From positions 188,780,987-188,844,986 of the forward strand of contig NC_068981.1 in the NCBI RefSeq assembly GCF_001194135.2: DNA of 64,000 nt. The letters are read 5' to 3'. The translations under genes and the position numbers were made by a program. Source of the DNA: Octopus bimaculoides. Lineage: Eukaryota. The notes beneath the pieces are model-generated. The model was not told where the DNA came from. It was given only the letters and a program-made list of their open reading frames with translations, and did not search any database. Shown here one piece after another: positions 11,850-23,530 of this stretch; the first letter of the stretch is position 1; every line of letters begins with the position of its first letter.

Positions 11850-12171
11850 CAGAGGTTCTCTAACTTTTTGGGCCACTGCCCAACTCCTGGCCCCCAGCGC
11901 CCCCACCCCTATTTTAATGTATAAATAAATATTTTATATTCTACTAATTTATATATATTATGAATCATTTGATATTTAATAAAATATTATATAATTTGTA
12001 TACAATACTATAATAATATTATAAAAAGTTCATAGTGTCCCCCAATCTACTGCCTTCCTCCCAATGCCTCCTTTTTCTCTACTGCACCCCACCATCCTCT
12101 TAGGCACCAGCGCCCACCTGGACAGTCTCAACGCCCACCAGGAGGCAGTAGCACCCACTTTGAGAACCTAT
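11850..12171 (+). mobile_element. hAT-type MITE (inverted partial copy at about 61410-61657)
   Basis: Termini CAGAGGTTCTC / TTTGAGAACCT; internal AT-rich block matches the reverse complement of 61480-61657; no clean TSD. Confidence 0.65.
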
Positions 12172-12344
12172 CTAACACTTATTTAATTGTAGTCCTTGTA
12201 GTTACTTATCTTAATATGCTATGTAGTGTATCACTTTTATATTGCTACCTTCAATATGACTATTGGTTTATTATGATAACATTAATTCCATCACCTATCC
12301 CTGGATGAGCTATCACTTAGTGGTATAAAACAATGGCATTTTTC

Positions 12345-12388
12345 TCAAAGCCTAGCAAAGGCACTTATCTTCTCCTTATAATTCACAC
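12345..12388 (-). CDS. Candidate terminal coding exon (G)VNYKEKISAFARL*
   Basis: ttctcatccttctgcag|GTGTG strong acceptor; phase 1 is the longest open phase; AATAAA on the minus strand at 12267-12272, 72 nt past the stop. Confidence 0.3.
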
Positions 12389-12558
12389 CTGCAGAAGGAT
12401 GAGAACTTTGTTAATATGAAATAAAAATGTTTCATTGGGACTGTTGTATTTCCATGTACAGACATGTGACAGTTTCTCTCCAGAAAAAAGAACAAGTAAC
12501 AAGTATAACCAAACTTCCTTGGGACATGAACAAAAATAATGAAATATCTTATTATCAG

Positions 12559-12585
12559 ATGGAACTGGTGATGAGGAACTAAAAG
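12559..12585 (+). CDS. Candidate 27-nt symmetric microexon xGTGDEELKx (phase 1-1)
   Basis: tcttattatcag|ATGGAACTGGTGATGAGGAACTAAAAG|gttggg; the frame stays open to a second donor GAG|gtaaca after 12629. Confidence 0.25.
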
Positions 12586-13060
12586 GTTGGGACTCATTTA
12601 GCTGCTGCTGTTTTGAGAATTTGAAAGAGGTAACACCTGTGATACAATTGTGTTAGCAACTAGCTCTGCTCTAACACGGTTACAATTCTTTCTATCTCAC
12701 TTGGTAACCATATGGGTTTAGCAGTGCTCCTCCTATTCAATTATTTTGCCATGTGTTATTACACTAATTAAGATATTTGATTTTTTTCTTTTTGTTTTCT
12801 TACTTTCCCAGCATACTGTTCATGTTATATTACAACATTTTTTATTTCCCATAATTGTTTATTGTCGCCAATTTTGATAATGAAAGCCACTATATCTAGA
12901 TGTATCTATAGTGTTTTCAAAAATACACCCAAGATATTGACTTATTTAAAGTAAAAGATGTAAGAACGGTAGCTGATGACTAAAGATATTTTTCTCCTCG
13001 TCTCACTCTGTTCCTAATTAGCAGAGTAAATAAAATCAACTTATGTGAAGCTATGAATAC

Positions 13061-13169
13061 CTGAAGTCTTTTGAATTGAATAAAGTTTACAATCTCATTG
13101 AGGATTGTCCCAGTAATTGCAGAGATTGCAACAACAATTAGTTTGACAACAAAAGTAACATCATAATAT
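13061..13169 (-). CDS. Candidate 109-nt exon encoding a hydrophobic helix, (R)YYDVTFVVKLIVVAISAITGTILNEIVNFIQFKRLQ
   Basis: gctaat branch-like site, atatatag acceptor, CAG|gtattc donor; open in phase 2 to 0; not phase-compatible with the neighbouring minus-strand candidates. Confidence 0.2.
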
Positions 13170-13569
13170 CTATATATTGATTACATTAGCTAATTATGTA
13201 ACTTTCTATTTCTAAATTAAAATCTTCCCATAATCTTCTTCCTATAAAATTTGGAAATCTTCCTGACAAAAGATCCCTATTGACTTACAACACTTCAAAA
13301 GTTGTTATTAAGCATATCGATATCCTTTAAAATTCCCCTCTGTTTAATTCCGTGGAGATAACAAAAGAATATAAGAAGTAAGTTTCCTTTTTTCAAACAA
13401 CAAATAATTTCAGAAAAACAAACAGAAATTGGGTTTTGTGTATTAAGAAACTACACACTTCGTTTTGTAATTCATTGCTTCTGATTTCAAATCACACCTA
13501 CGTCAACTTTAATCATTCCATTATAAGTACTAATAACATTATAGTATTGATTCAGTCGATCGTACTCAC

Positions 13570-13635
13570 CTCTCTGAAACATGTTGCTATATTTCTTACC
13601 TCGTCCAAATACATATGTTGAACTAATTAAATCAC
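13570..13635 (-). CDS. Candidate exon with two in-frame donors, (G)DLISSTYVFGR[GKKYSNMFQR]
   Basis: tacttcccttcaatag acceptor; donors GAG|gtaaga (exon end 13600) and GAG|gtgagt (exon end 13570), 30 nt apart, both phase 1, no stop between them. Confidence 0.4.
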
Positions 13636-13841
13636 CTATTGAAGGGAAGTAACTCTTCAAGAATTAGTAACACCGAGATTTTTGAGATAATTTCAATTAT
13701 CTTTTCCATTAATTAACGATATTGAAATGACTATGAATGTAACAACCTCCCGTTTCCCCAACGCGTCAGACTTCAAACTCAAAAACCCAATTTAAAGGAA
13801 AAAAATATCGAAAGAAGTTAAGAAGTGGATTTCCTTCTTAG

Positions 13842-13898
13842 CAACATCTGTTTTCGTATGATTCTGTAAAAGGGGTTAAGCTATTATTACTGCTAGCA
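13842..13898 (+). CDS. Candidate 57-nt exon (QHLFSYDSVKGVKLLLLLA, phase 0-0) or end of a 5'UTR exon
   Basis: gatttccttcttag acceptor, GCA|gtaagt donor; only phase 0 open. Confidence 0.25.
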
Positions 13899-14389
13899 GT
13901 AAGTCTGCATATGAGTTCTGGGACACTGTTTATAATTCTGCTACAACTATTGCTGCTGCTACCATTATTACCACAAGCATTATCATCATCATCATTAACC
14001 TGTATCATGAATATAAGTAGTAGTGCTGCAGGCGTTTGTTATGAGTATAGACAAGATCCTTAACTCTACTTCCTTGATTGCTCACATAAGAAATTGCTAT
14101 TATCTTCAAACTAAGTTTACAATCTGTTCCCAATACACACAATTGTAGAAAAATCTTGCTGCATTTTTTCCAAGGATTCTTTTCAAAGGCAGAAATATCT
14201 TGAAATTTTTTCTTTCTTCTAGTGGGGTTTGTTGTTATTATAGCAGATTCTTACAAATATTTATTTTGAGAAGTGAATTGGCAAATGGAAAAGAGTGAAG
14301 ATTTAAATAGTGTAAGAATATTTATCTCTTTATAGTCTGGTTCAAATTCTTTAGGTTCAGTAATACAAAATCCAGTGATATTATAAGAG

Positions 14390-14602
14390 TGAGTTTGTTA
14401 TTATCATTACAGTTGTATGAAAACTCACAGCTTATTTTGCTGGGTATGATGGAAAGTGTCAGCTGTCCACAGCCAGCAGACCAAGGTGACACTTGCTTCC
14501 TGGTCATGCTTCAAGAACCCTGTGAAGAATTTTTGCAGTTCCAAGCAATGTAGATTTTTGTAGGTGTTGTAGCTTCACACATGCACCAATCTTTTTCAGC
14601 CA
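14390..14602 (-). mobile_element. 3' end of an R4/Dong-type (RLE) non-LTR retrotransposon
   Basis: 14602-14504 encodes WLKKIGACVKLQHLQKSTLLGTAKILHRVLEA*, the LQK..LLGTA.IL.+VL C-terminus typical of this clade, followed by a short 3'UTR. Confidence 0.8.
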
Positions 14603-14609
14603 TGTTGTT

Positions 14610-15094
14610 TATTATTATTATTATTATTATTAAATTCCACCGAGGTTGACTTTGCCTTTCGTCCTTTTGGGGTCGATAAATTAAGTACCAGTGAAACACT
14701 AGGGTTGATATAATCGACTAGTCCCCTCCCCAAAATTTCAGGCCTTGTGCCTATAGTAGAAAGGATTATTATTATTATTATTACTATTATTGTGTCTCTT
14801 CTTTTCCAGTATATACCATATGTACTTTTTTTTTATCATTTCATTATTATATTTAAACCCCCATACTTTATGTCTGTCTCTGTATTGTCCCCCCCCCCAT
14901 CCTTCGCCCTTGTGGCAAATAAATGAAATTATTATTATTATTATTGAGTGAGAGAGCATTGCATGCCATCAAAGTGACACTGGAGTAAAATATACAAAGC
15001 CCAGTATACCCATCATGACTACCCATCTGATAAGGGTACACTAGGCACATGAACGAAAACCATTGTGCATGACATAGTGATCTCATATCAATAC

Positions 15095-15136
<42 letters not shown>

Positions 15137-16500
15137 CATCATTGTTGTTCTTGTTAAGGTGACAAGTTGGCAGAATTGTTAGCAAGCCAGTCAAAGTGCT
15201 TAGCAGCTTTTCATTTGTCTTTATTTTCTGAGTTCAAATTCTGCCAAGGTTGATTTTATCTTTCAACCTTTCAGGGCCAGTAAAATAAATCCCAGTTGAG
15301 CACTGGGGGTCAATATAATCAACTTATTCCCTCCCCAAAATTGTTGGCCTTGTGCCAAAATTTGAAACCATTATTAATTATTGTTGTTATTATTATTAAT
15401 AAGGTGAAGAAAGGTGGTGGAGCTAGCAGAATTGTTAGTATGCCGGACAAAATGGTTCGTGGCATTTCGTTTGTCCTTACGTTCTGAGTTCAATTTCTGC
15501 TGAGATCAACTTTGCCTTTCATCCTTTCGGGGTCGATGAAATAAGTACCAGTTATGCACTGGGGTTAATTAGCCCTCACCCCTGAACTTTCTGGCCTTGT
15601 GCCTAGTGTAGAAAAGATGATTAAGAAGGTGGTGAGCTGACAGAGTTGTTAGCATTGCTAGACAAGCTTACTAACATTTCTTGCAACTCTTCATGTTCTG
15701 AGTTCAAATGTCATTCTGCTCAACTTTGCCTTTCGTTTTTTTTCAAGGTTGATGAACTAAAGTACCAGTTAAGTACTGGGGCCGATGTAATCAACTCACT
15801 TGCTCCTTCTAAAATAGCTAGCCTTGTCCTGTTCCTATCAAAACTTTGCTCTGTTTGACAACTAGAATTAAATGAGGCTGATGTCAGTGCTGTCTGACTG
15901 GCTCCTGTGCTAGTGGCATGCAATAAGCACCTTTCATGCGTAGGTCATTGCCAGTGCTGCCTGTCTGGTTTCCCGTGCTAGTGGTAGGTAAAAAGCACCA
16001 TCCGAACGTAGCCGATGCCAGTGCTGCCTGTCTGGCTCCTGTGCCAGTAACATGTTCTGACTTCAAATTCCGCCGAGGTCACCTTTGTCCTGTGTCCTTT
16101 CAGGGGTCAATAAATGAAGTACCAGTGAAACACAGGGGTTGACGTGATCGACTAGTCCTCCTCCCCCAATGTTTCAGGCCTTGTGCCTTTAGTAGAAAGG
16201 ATTATTATTATTATTACTCATCATCATCATCATCATCGTCGTCGTTTAATGTCCACTTTCCATGCTGCCATGGGTTGGACAGTTTGATTGAGGGCTGGCA
16301 AGCCAGAAGGCTGCACCAGGCTCCAATCTGATCTGGCAGAGTTTCTACAGCGGGATGCCCTTCCTGATGCCAACCACTCTGAGAGTGTAGTAGGTGCTTT
16401 TTATGTGCCACCAGTACGAGGGCCAGTCAGGCAGTACTGGCATCAATCACACTTGAATGGTGCTTTTTACATGCCACTAGCACAGGATAATAATAATAAT
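14610..16500. mobile_element. Dense cluster of SINEs: five or more family B copies (+) joined by (att)n tails, plus family C pieces
   Basis: Family B cores at about 14625-14775, 15165-15375, 15410-15620, 15625-15810 and 16050-16215; family C (+) units 15870-16040 and family C (-) 16220-16490. Confidence 0.8.
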
Positions 16501-17274
16501 ATCATTTTTAATTTTAATATCATTATTACCGTTTGTCAGAATTGGTAAAACTCAAACCAAAACATTTTGCAATGTTTAGTGTTTTTAAAGAGAAAACTGC
16601 AAAGAGTAGAACAGTGTTCATTTTACCCTATCATAAAAAAAGGCTCATAGCCAGAAAGAAGAGTGATGCGGTGTGGTATTCTGTTGATGCTTGCTTTAAT
16701 TTGTTGATATGTGAGATAGAATGGGAATACTTTGACTGTTAATGGTACAGCATTTGTCCTTCTGCTTCTGCATTCTTAACAACTCCAAATTACCAATTAT
16801 TTTAGATTGCTTTTGAGAAATGCTGTGGTCTCTTGATATTTCAATCACAATTCTGAAACAGATATTTCTTTATTAACTGCCATCATGTTGAGTTATTTAC
16901 TTCAGTACTATCCAATAAGGTAACATCTACATTATTTCTCAACCTGCTAGAAATAACAGTCAAATTTTCCTCAAATAACACCATGTATCTCATCTATAAC
17001 ACCAAACTTGTTTCTGTTCCCCTTTCATACATTAACCTCTCAACACCTAGAATGAATCTGCCTCGCATACATGACTGTTTTAAAAGTAGAATGGCACATT
17101 GGATACTTTTGTCTTAAATATACAAACCATGGGTATGTCACACCTGGAAAGCCCCGTCACCAACGACATTGTTCAACCAAGGTTGACTAGAGGCTAAACA
17201 GAAACATGATCTAATTGTATACTTCATTCCTTTAATATTTCTCTTATGCATAACATTTTGAAAAACATGATATC

Positions 17275-17860
17275 CATATTTTTGTCACAGAATCCAACGA
17301 AGTGTAAGCATGATATTTTTATGGGAAAGTATATGTAATGATTCTGGTAAGCAGTTTGATGCCAATGTCCTTTGAGTCACATTTTCAGTCTTCTTAATTT
17401 GAACCTCACAGATAAGATACTTTTTTTGATTAAGCTTTTGACTGGGGTAGCTACAAGAAGACTCTCTGTTTCTTTGCTCAATCAATACCAAGATTTATCT
17501 ATCTTTATCTCACTTGTCTCTTTCAAATAGGCACATTTCCTTTCATCTCTAATTGTTCTCTTCCTAATTATGCTTTATATTTTTACCTTGTTTATAATAT
17601 TATTCCTGTTGAGGCTGACATTGGTTGCTACACACCTCAATTATAGGTTTTTCACTAATTGCATGATAAAAATCTATATTTCACCTTCAGTTCATTCTAC
17701 GCATTGTTCAAACTTTATTAAACTCCAGATTATTTGTCCATTTAAAACTTGTCGTATTGAATCGCACAGAAAGGCCTCCATATATTGCCATAATAGAATC
17801 GTTGACCTAATAACATGTCTATTCTGTACTCATCAAATTAATGACTACTGCAGTGTATTG
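17275..17860 (-). pseudogene. Decayed R4/Dong-type LINE, post-RT and zinc-knuckle region
   Basis: Frameshifted minus-strand peptides YGGL..., LIKFEQCVE, SWY*LSKETESLLVAT and TENVT...LRWIL*QKYG match the order ETE.LI.AAQ...C..C...E...H....C.......LHW.LC.KYG. Confidence 0.6.
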
Positions 17861-18130
17861 CATAACTGTCTCGCATTTAATTGATTAAATAAGGTTATGG
17901 GCATTGGCTGTTGCTCTGAACAATAGCTTTCACCATAAGTGTGTGTGTGTGTGTGTATGAATGCACGTGTGTCTGTGTATGTATATGCATGAATGTGTTT
18001 AATCCCATTGTGTGATATCTTGGGTATGTGTCTTCTATTATGGCTTCATGTTGATTGGTACCTTGTGACTGACATTTGGTTGATAGAAACTGCAGAAACC
18101 TATGTTATATATATATATGTATATATATAT

Positions 18131-18305
18131 CACTAACCACTACACACATTTCTTTTCTCTCCTTGTTTCTTTCTGTGTTCCTTTCTGTGGAAGAGCATAG
18201 GCTCGGAACGTTAAAGACTTTTTCAATTCCTGACCGTTAAACTAATACATCCATTTGTTTTCTACACCACCTGTCTTCGTCTTTTGTTTTTTTTGTGAAT
18301 TCTCC
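18131..18305 (+). mobile_element. Penelope-type pseudo-LTR fragment with degenerate hammerhead
   Basis: 18181-18216: cttt CTGTGGAA gagc atag gctc GGAAC GTT aaag, the same topology as 2740-2786 with core substitutions. Confidence 0.5.
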
Positions 18306-19084
18306 ATATATATATGGTAATTTAAAAATAGCTAAATTACTTGAAACAAGAGCTAAAGTTTCATAACCTCCCAGTATGTTGTTACAAAAGTCCTAGAAAA
18401 TACACAGTAAATCTTGTATTTAGATTTTTAACTNNNNNNNNNNNNNNNNNNNNNNNNNNNNNNNNNNNNNNNNNNNNNNNNNNNNNNNNNNNNNNNNNNN
18501 NNNNNNNNNNNNNNNNNNNNNNNNNNNNNNNNNNNNNNNNNNNNNNNNNNNNNNNNNNNNNNNNNNNNNNNNNNNNNNNNNNNNNNNNNNNNNNNNNNNN
18601 NNNNNNNNNNNNNNNNNNNNNNNNNNNNNNNNNNNNNNNNNNNNNNNNNNNNNNNNNNNNNNNNNNNNNNNNNNNNNNNNNNNNNNNNNNNNNNNNNNNN
18701 NNNNNNNNNNNNNNNNNNNNNNNNNNNNNNNNNNNNNNNNNNNNNNNNNNNNNNNNNNNNNNNNNNNNNNNNNNNNNNNNNNNNNNNNNNNNNNNNNNNN
18801 NNNNNNNNNNNNNNNNNNNNNNNNNNNNNNNNNNNNNNNNNNNNNNNNNNNNNNNNNNNNNNNNNNNNNNNNNNNNNNNNNNNNNNNNNNNNNNNNNNNN
18901 NNNNNNNNNNNNNNNNNNNNNNNNNNNNNNNNNNNNNNNNNNNNNNNNNNNNNNNNNNNNNNNNNNNNNNNNNNNNNNNNNNNNNNNNNNNNNNNNNNNN
19001 NNNNNNNNNNNNNNNNNNNNNNNNNNNNNNNNNNNNNNNNNNNNNNNNNNNNNNNNNNNNNAATGGTCAGTGGAAGGTCAGCAG

Positions 19085-19695
19085 GCAGTTTTTGAGTATG
19101 TGTGTGTTCGTGTGTGTGTTTGTGTGGGGTTGTAGGTGTTGGGTACGTGTGTGTGTGTATTTTGTACGTGCGCGTGTGTGTATGTGTATGTTTTTGTGCG
19201 TGCGTGTGTGTTTGTGTGTATGTGTATGTTGTGTGTATGTGCGTTGCTGTGTACGTGTGTGGATGTGCGTGTGTGTGTGTGATTGTGATGTGTGTGGGGT
19301 TGTGATACGGGTGTGTGTGTGTTTATGTGTGTCTGTATGTGTGTGCCCGTGCGCGTGTGTGTATATTTTTTCTGCGTGCGTGTCTGTGTATATTGTGTAT
19401 GTTTTCGTGCATGCGTGTGTGTTGTGTATGTGAGTGAGTATTGTGTATGTGAGAGGTGTGTGTGCATGTGTGTGTATGTGTATGTGTGTACGTGTATGTG
19501 TATGTGTGTGTATGTGAGAGGTGTGTGTGCGTGTGTGTATGTGTATGTGTGTGTTTATGTGTGTGTGCATGCATATGTGTGTGCGTGCGTATGTGTGTGA
19601 GAGCGTAAGGATGTGTGCCAGGTATGTGAGGTGTGTGTGAATGGGGGTATGTATGGGTTGTCAGGTGTGTGGGAGGTATGTGTGAAGGGGGTATA
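19085..19695. repeat. Long degenerate (TG)n/(TATG)n satellite between gaps
   Basis: About 600 bp of alternating TG; source of the H/T- and V/C-rich ORFs. Confidence 0.95.
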
Positions 19696-20010
19696 NNNNN
19701 NNNNNNNNNNNNNNNNNNNNNNNNNNNNNNNNNNNNNNNNNNNNNNNNNNNNNNNNNNNNNNNNNNNNNNNNNNNNNNNNNNNNNNNNNNNNNNNNNNNN
19801 NNNNNNNNNNNNNNNNNNNNNNNNNNNNNNNNNNNNNNNNNNNNNNNNNNNNNNNNNNNNNNNNNNNNNNNNNNNNNNNNNNNNNNNNNNNNNNNNNNNN
19901 NNNNNNNNNNNNNNNNNNNNNNNNNNNNNNNNNNNNNNNNNNNNNNNNNNNNNNNNNNNNNNNNNNNNNNNNNNNNNNNNNNNNNNNNNNNNNNNNNNNN
20001 NNNNNNNNNN

Positions 20011-20388
20011 GGAAGGGATGAAATAAATTGTGGAAAATTGTAGTGATTGTAATAAAAAAGTGAATAATGGATATAATGTAAAGTGGATGAGGGGGGTGGG
20101 GTAAAAAAAAAGTGTTGCATTGTCGTAAAGGGGAGAGTCATAAGGAGGAGGGGGCTGTGTTGAGTCCGAAGGGGAAAGATGATCTAAGGTTAAAAATATA
20201 GCACTGTTCCAAGTGGAGTCGTGAGGGAGTGGACCCATGGTGCAGGGCGAGGCCAAAAATGGAGATGTTAGAGGGGGAGTGGTTGGCCAAGTGGNNNNNN
20301 NNNNGAGGCCAAAAATGGAGATGTTAGAGGGGGAGTGGTTGGCCAAGTGGAAGTGACGGGCGACGGGGGAGTCCGAACCTAACCGAAC
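20011..20388 (-). mobile_element. Penelope-like element 3' end: GIY-YIG endonuclease C-terminus plus start of the pseudo-LTR
   Basis: After collapsing the 46-bp overlap around the 10-N gap, reads VRLGSDSPVARHFHLANHSPSNISIFGLALHHGSTPSRLHLEQCYIFNLRSSFPFGLNTAPSSL* (stop 20138-20140), with the V..HF...H and E...I..L....P.GLN motifs. Confidence 0.85.
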
Positions 20389-21583
20389 GTACACTAGCTG
20401 TTGGACCCAGAGTTGCTCGTGTTTTCCATGTGTTGAAGTTAAGCCCACCACTGACCTTGTATTGAAATCACCTACGTTCCCCCGTGCCAACTATTACCCA
20501 TTAAGTTGTTATATTTGGTCCGGTAGGCTGTTGCAGAATGAGTAGATGCGTAGCAGGTGGAGGAAACGTGGTCAGAGCAGGCGACAGAGTTTTGTTGACA
20601 GAGTTTTGTTGACGGAGCGGTGTTTTTGCAGTCGCCACTGCTGTGTTCAATGGTGCAGGCATAAACTGACATCAACTCACTGCCATGAACCTCGTTCACT
20701 CATCGATTGTCATCAAAATTGGGCAAAAAATACAAAAGCTGCAGAAAAAATAACATCGTTATGGGAATTTCCATTCAAACGCCCGATTGAGTTCACAAAA
20801 ATTGATGCCAACTGAGCATTAACGAGCTTTCGAAAAGTTCCAACCTTATTTGAACTTTAGGACATGATTGTTGCTATTATGCTAAACTGTCATATGTCCA
20901 AATTTGACCAAATGTGTTTTTTTTTTTTCAATATTTATTTTTTCTTGCAATATCCAGTTCTTTTGGTCAAACTGTCTTATCTCCAGCTGCTTCAGATGCC
21001 AAGATATCAGAAATTGTCAAAGTGTAGTACAACAGTTTTGCTATGGAATGGTGAAACTATTTCTTTGTTTTCTGAAAAAGCAATGTTTTGGACTTACAAC
21101 ACTTTTGCATAATAACAGCAATATATACATGTGTATGTGTGTGTGATGTCAGAATTTTATAAACTTTTGAGAGAATGTGAAATAATTTTTTCTTTGGTTT
21201 TGAGATAATGGCTCTTGAATCACATCACATAAAGTTGTAAATAATAGCATGTACGTGTGGGGTTGGAAAACTCTTTTGAATCATTTTCTACAGGAGATGT
21301 GGGTTTGTGTCCTATGGACAGCCTTTGACTTTTTCAACTCAAAAGAGTTTTTCAACCCAATATTTAAATATTATTGTCCATAGTTTTACTTCATGTGCCC
21401 CAAGAGCCAATGTTGCAAACAAGAAATATATGTATATATATATATAATAATATTAGGGACAAAATCCTTTACTTTGCTTTATATTATACTCATTTATTGT
21501 GCTTTTAATTGTTAATTTTTCTATATGTGATAGTGGATTTTCTTCGATGAGTTCTTGAAACTTGGTTATTTTCCCTAAAACTA

Positions 21584-21630
<47 letters not shown>

Positions 21631-21836
21631 AATTTCATAATGATAAGCATAATTATAATTAGGGTTCAGCAAAATTGCTTCACCACATACTGAAATTTAG
21701 AAAAAGCAGTTAATGACTGAAACAAGTAAAAGAGTATATATATATGTACATGTGTGTGTGTGTGTGTGTGTGTCTGTGTGAGTGTCTGTGTTTAGATAGA
21801 TAGATAGATAGGTAGATAGAGGTATGTTTGCATGCA

Positions 21837-21873
<37 letters not shown>

Positions 21874-22113
21874 ACGCGTCTGTTGATCCATGTCTGTGTT
21901 TATGTGTATGTCGGTCTAAAAGTCTGCGTTGTCTATATATTTCCCTTTATATCCTATAATATAGCTGTTCAACAAACAGAGATTAATAAAAGAAAACGAG
22001 AGGGTCGATTCATGAAATAAATATAGGAATCAATATCATTCACTAAGCCCTTGATGGGGATGCAATGAACCAGTGACTGAAGCCAGTAAAAGAACAGAAG
22101 AATGTATGCGTGT

Positions 22114-22172
<59 letters not shown>

Positions 22173-23106
22173 TTCCTTTCTCTTTTTTTTTTCTGTCCAA
22201 TCAAATTCTAAACTTTTATACTCATTTTTTTTTCTCTAATCTCGTCTATAAAAAAATATAAAATAAATGTGAATAGTGTTAGACCTGTACATAAAAACAC
22301 TCCTTTCATCAATTTAGCAAGTATTTCCCAAAGGTGCTATAAAATCAACCAGCTGTTTGGCACCACATGAATGTTAGTTATCAAGGTGCATATTGCAAAG
22401 TTATTGAGTGCAGATGATTTTTGAACAAGGTTCCTAAAATAATTACCAAGAAGTGAGTTCAAGCTTGGCACAAGTGGAATCTATTACGCAAAACCCAAAG
22501 AAGATAAATCTTTTACCAGGTATATAGGCTTTTGGTAATCACATTCAAGAGGTGATTCCCCTATTTATCTTCTTGGAGGAATGCTCCAAGAAAAAAAAAA
22601 AAAAAAATTGACAGAGTTTTCTGTATTTTGTTGGGAACGAAGACACAAAGGAAAAACTATGAAATAATGTTAACTTTAGATAGAAGAGTTTCTTTTACAA
22701 ATTAATCTGAAAGATGTAATTTTTGTTTAATAGAGAAAGTCTTATGTACTGCATCATCCTACATACATTTGTTTGCAGATATGGAAATACCAACTCATAA
22801 CTTCCAAAAATACCTGCTGACTCATCCATAGAACACAGTGCTATTTTGTCATCACACATTACAAGACTCTGCACTGAACACCTCTATTGTCTCTTGTTTT
22901 AATGTTCCCTAATAACATAGGCATTGCATACATCCCACACACATGCAATATTTGGTGGATAAATATAGTTATATAGATGAGTGTAGATAACAAAAATTGA
23001 CAAATGCTGGCTTAACTAGCGATCCATTAAATTCTGATAGTATTCAAATCAAATATGTTATACTCCATATATTACCTCTTTCTGCAAAAAAAAAAAAAAG
23101 CACACA

Positions 23107-23320
23107 TTCTATTCTTTTACTTGTTTCAGTCATTTGACTGCGGCCATGCTGGGGCATTGCCTTTAGTCGAGCAAATTGATCCCAGGACTTATTCTTTGTA
23201 AACCTAGTACTTATTCTATCGGTCTCTTTTTGCCGAACTGCTAAGTTACGGGGGACGTAAATACACCAGCATCAGTTGTCAAACGAAGTTGAGGGGACAA
23301 ACACAGACACACAAACATAT

Positions 23321-23368
<48 letters not shown>

Positions 23369-23530
23369 GATGGGCTTCTTTCAGTTTCCGTTTACCAAAT
23401 CCACTCACAAGGCTTTGGTCGGCCTGAGGCTATAGTAGAAGACACTTGCCCAAGGTGCCACACAGTGGGACTGAACCAAGAACCATGTGGCTGGTGAGCA
23501 AGCTACTTACCACACAGCTACTCCTGCGCC
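23107..23530 (-). mobile_element. SINE family A, near full length
   Basis: Reverse complement of 52914-53315; other copies at 37990-38305, 41785-42165 and 50215-50487 (-), 47445-47800 and 49350-49645 (+). Confidence 0.9.

Noticed and set aside
13061-13169. Resemblance of DVTFVVKLIVVAISAITGTILN to the ryanodine/IP3 receptor S6 helix (DITF...IIQGLIID)
   Set aside because: The highly conserved downstream F..LR...CFICG motif is absent and no neighbouring channel exons were found; hydrophobic similarity is probably chance.
20249-20350. Perfect 46-bp tandem duplication
   Set aside because: It flanks a 10-N gap, the typical unmerged contig overlap, so most likely an assembly artefact.
19067-20490. 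Long H/T-, V/C- and X-rich ORFs
   Set aside because: Translations of TG microsatellite and N gaps; only the GIY-YIG portion is meaningful.
20460-20490. VGDFNTR, like the GDFN motif of APE endonucleases
   Set aside because: No other endonuclease motifs nearby in any frame I read; too short to support.
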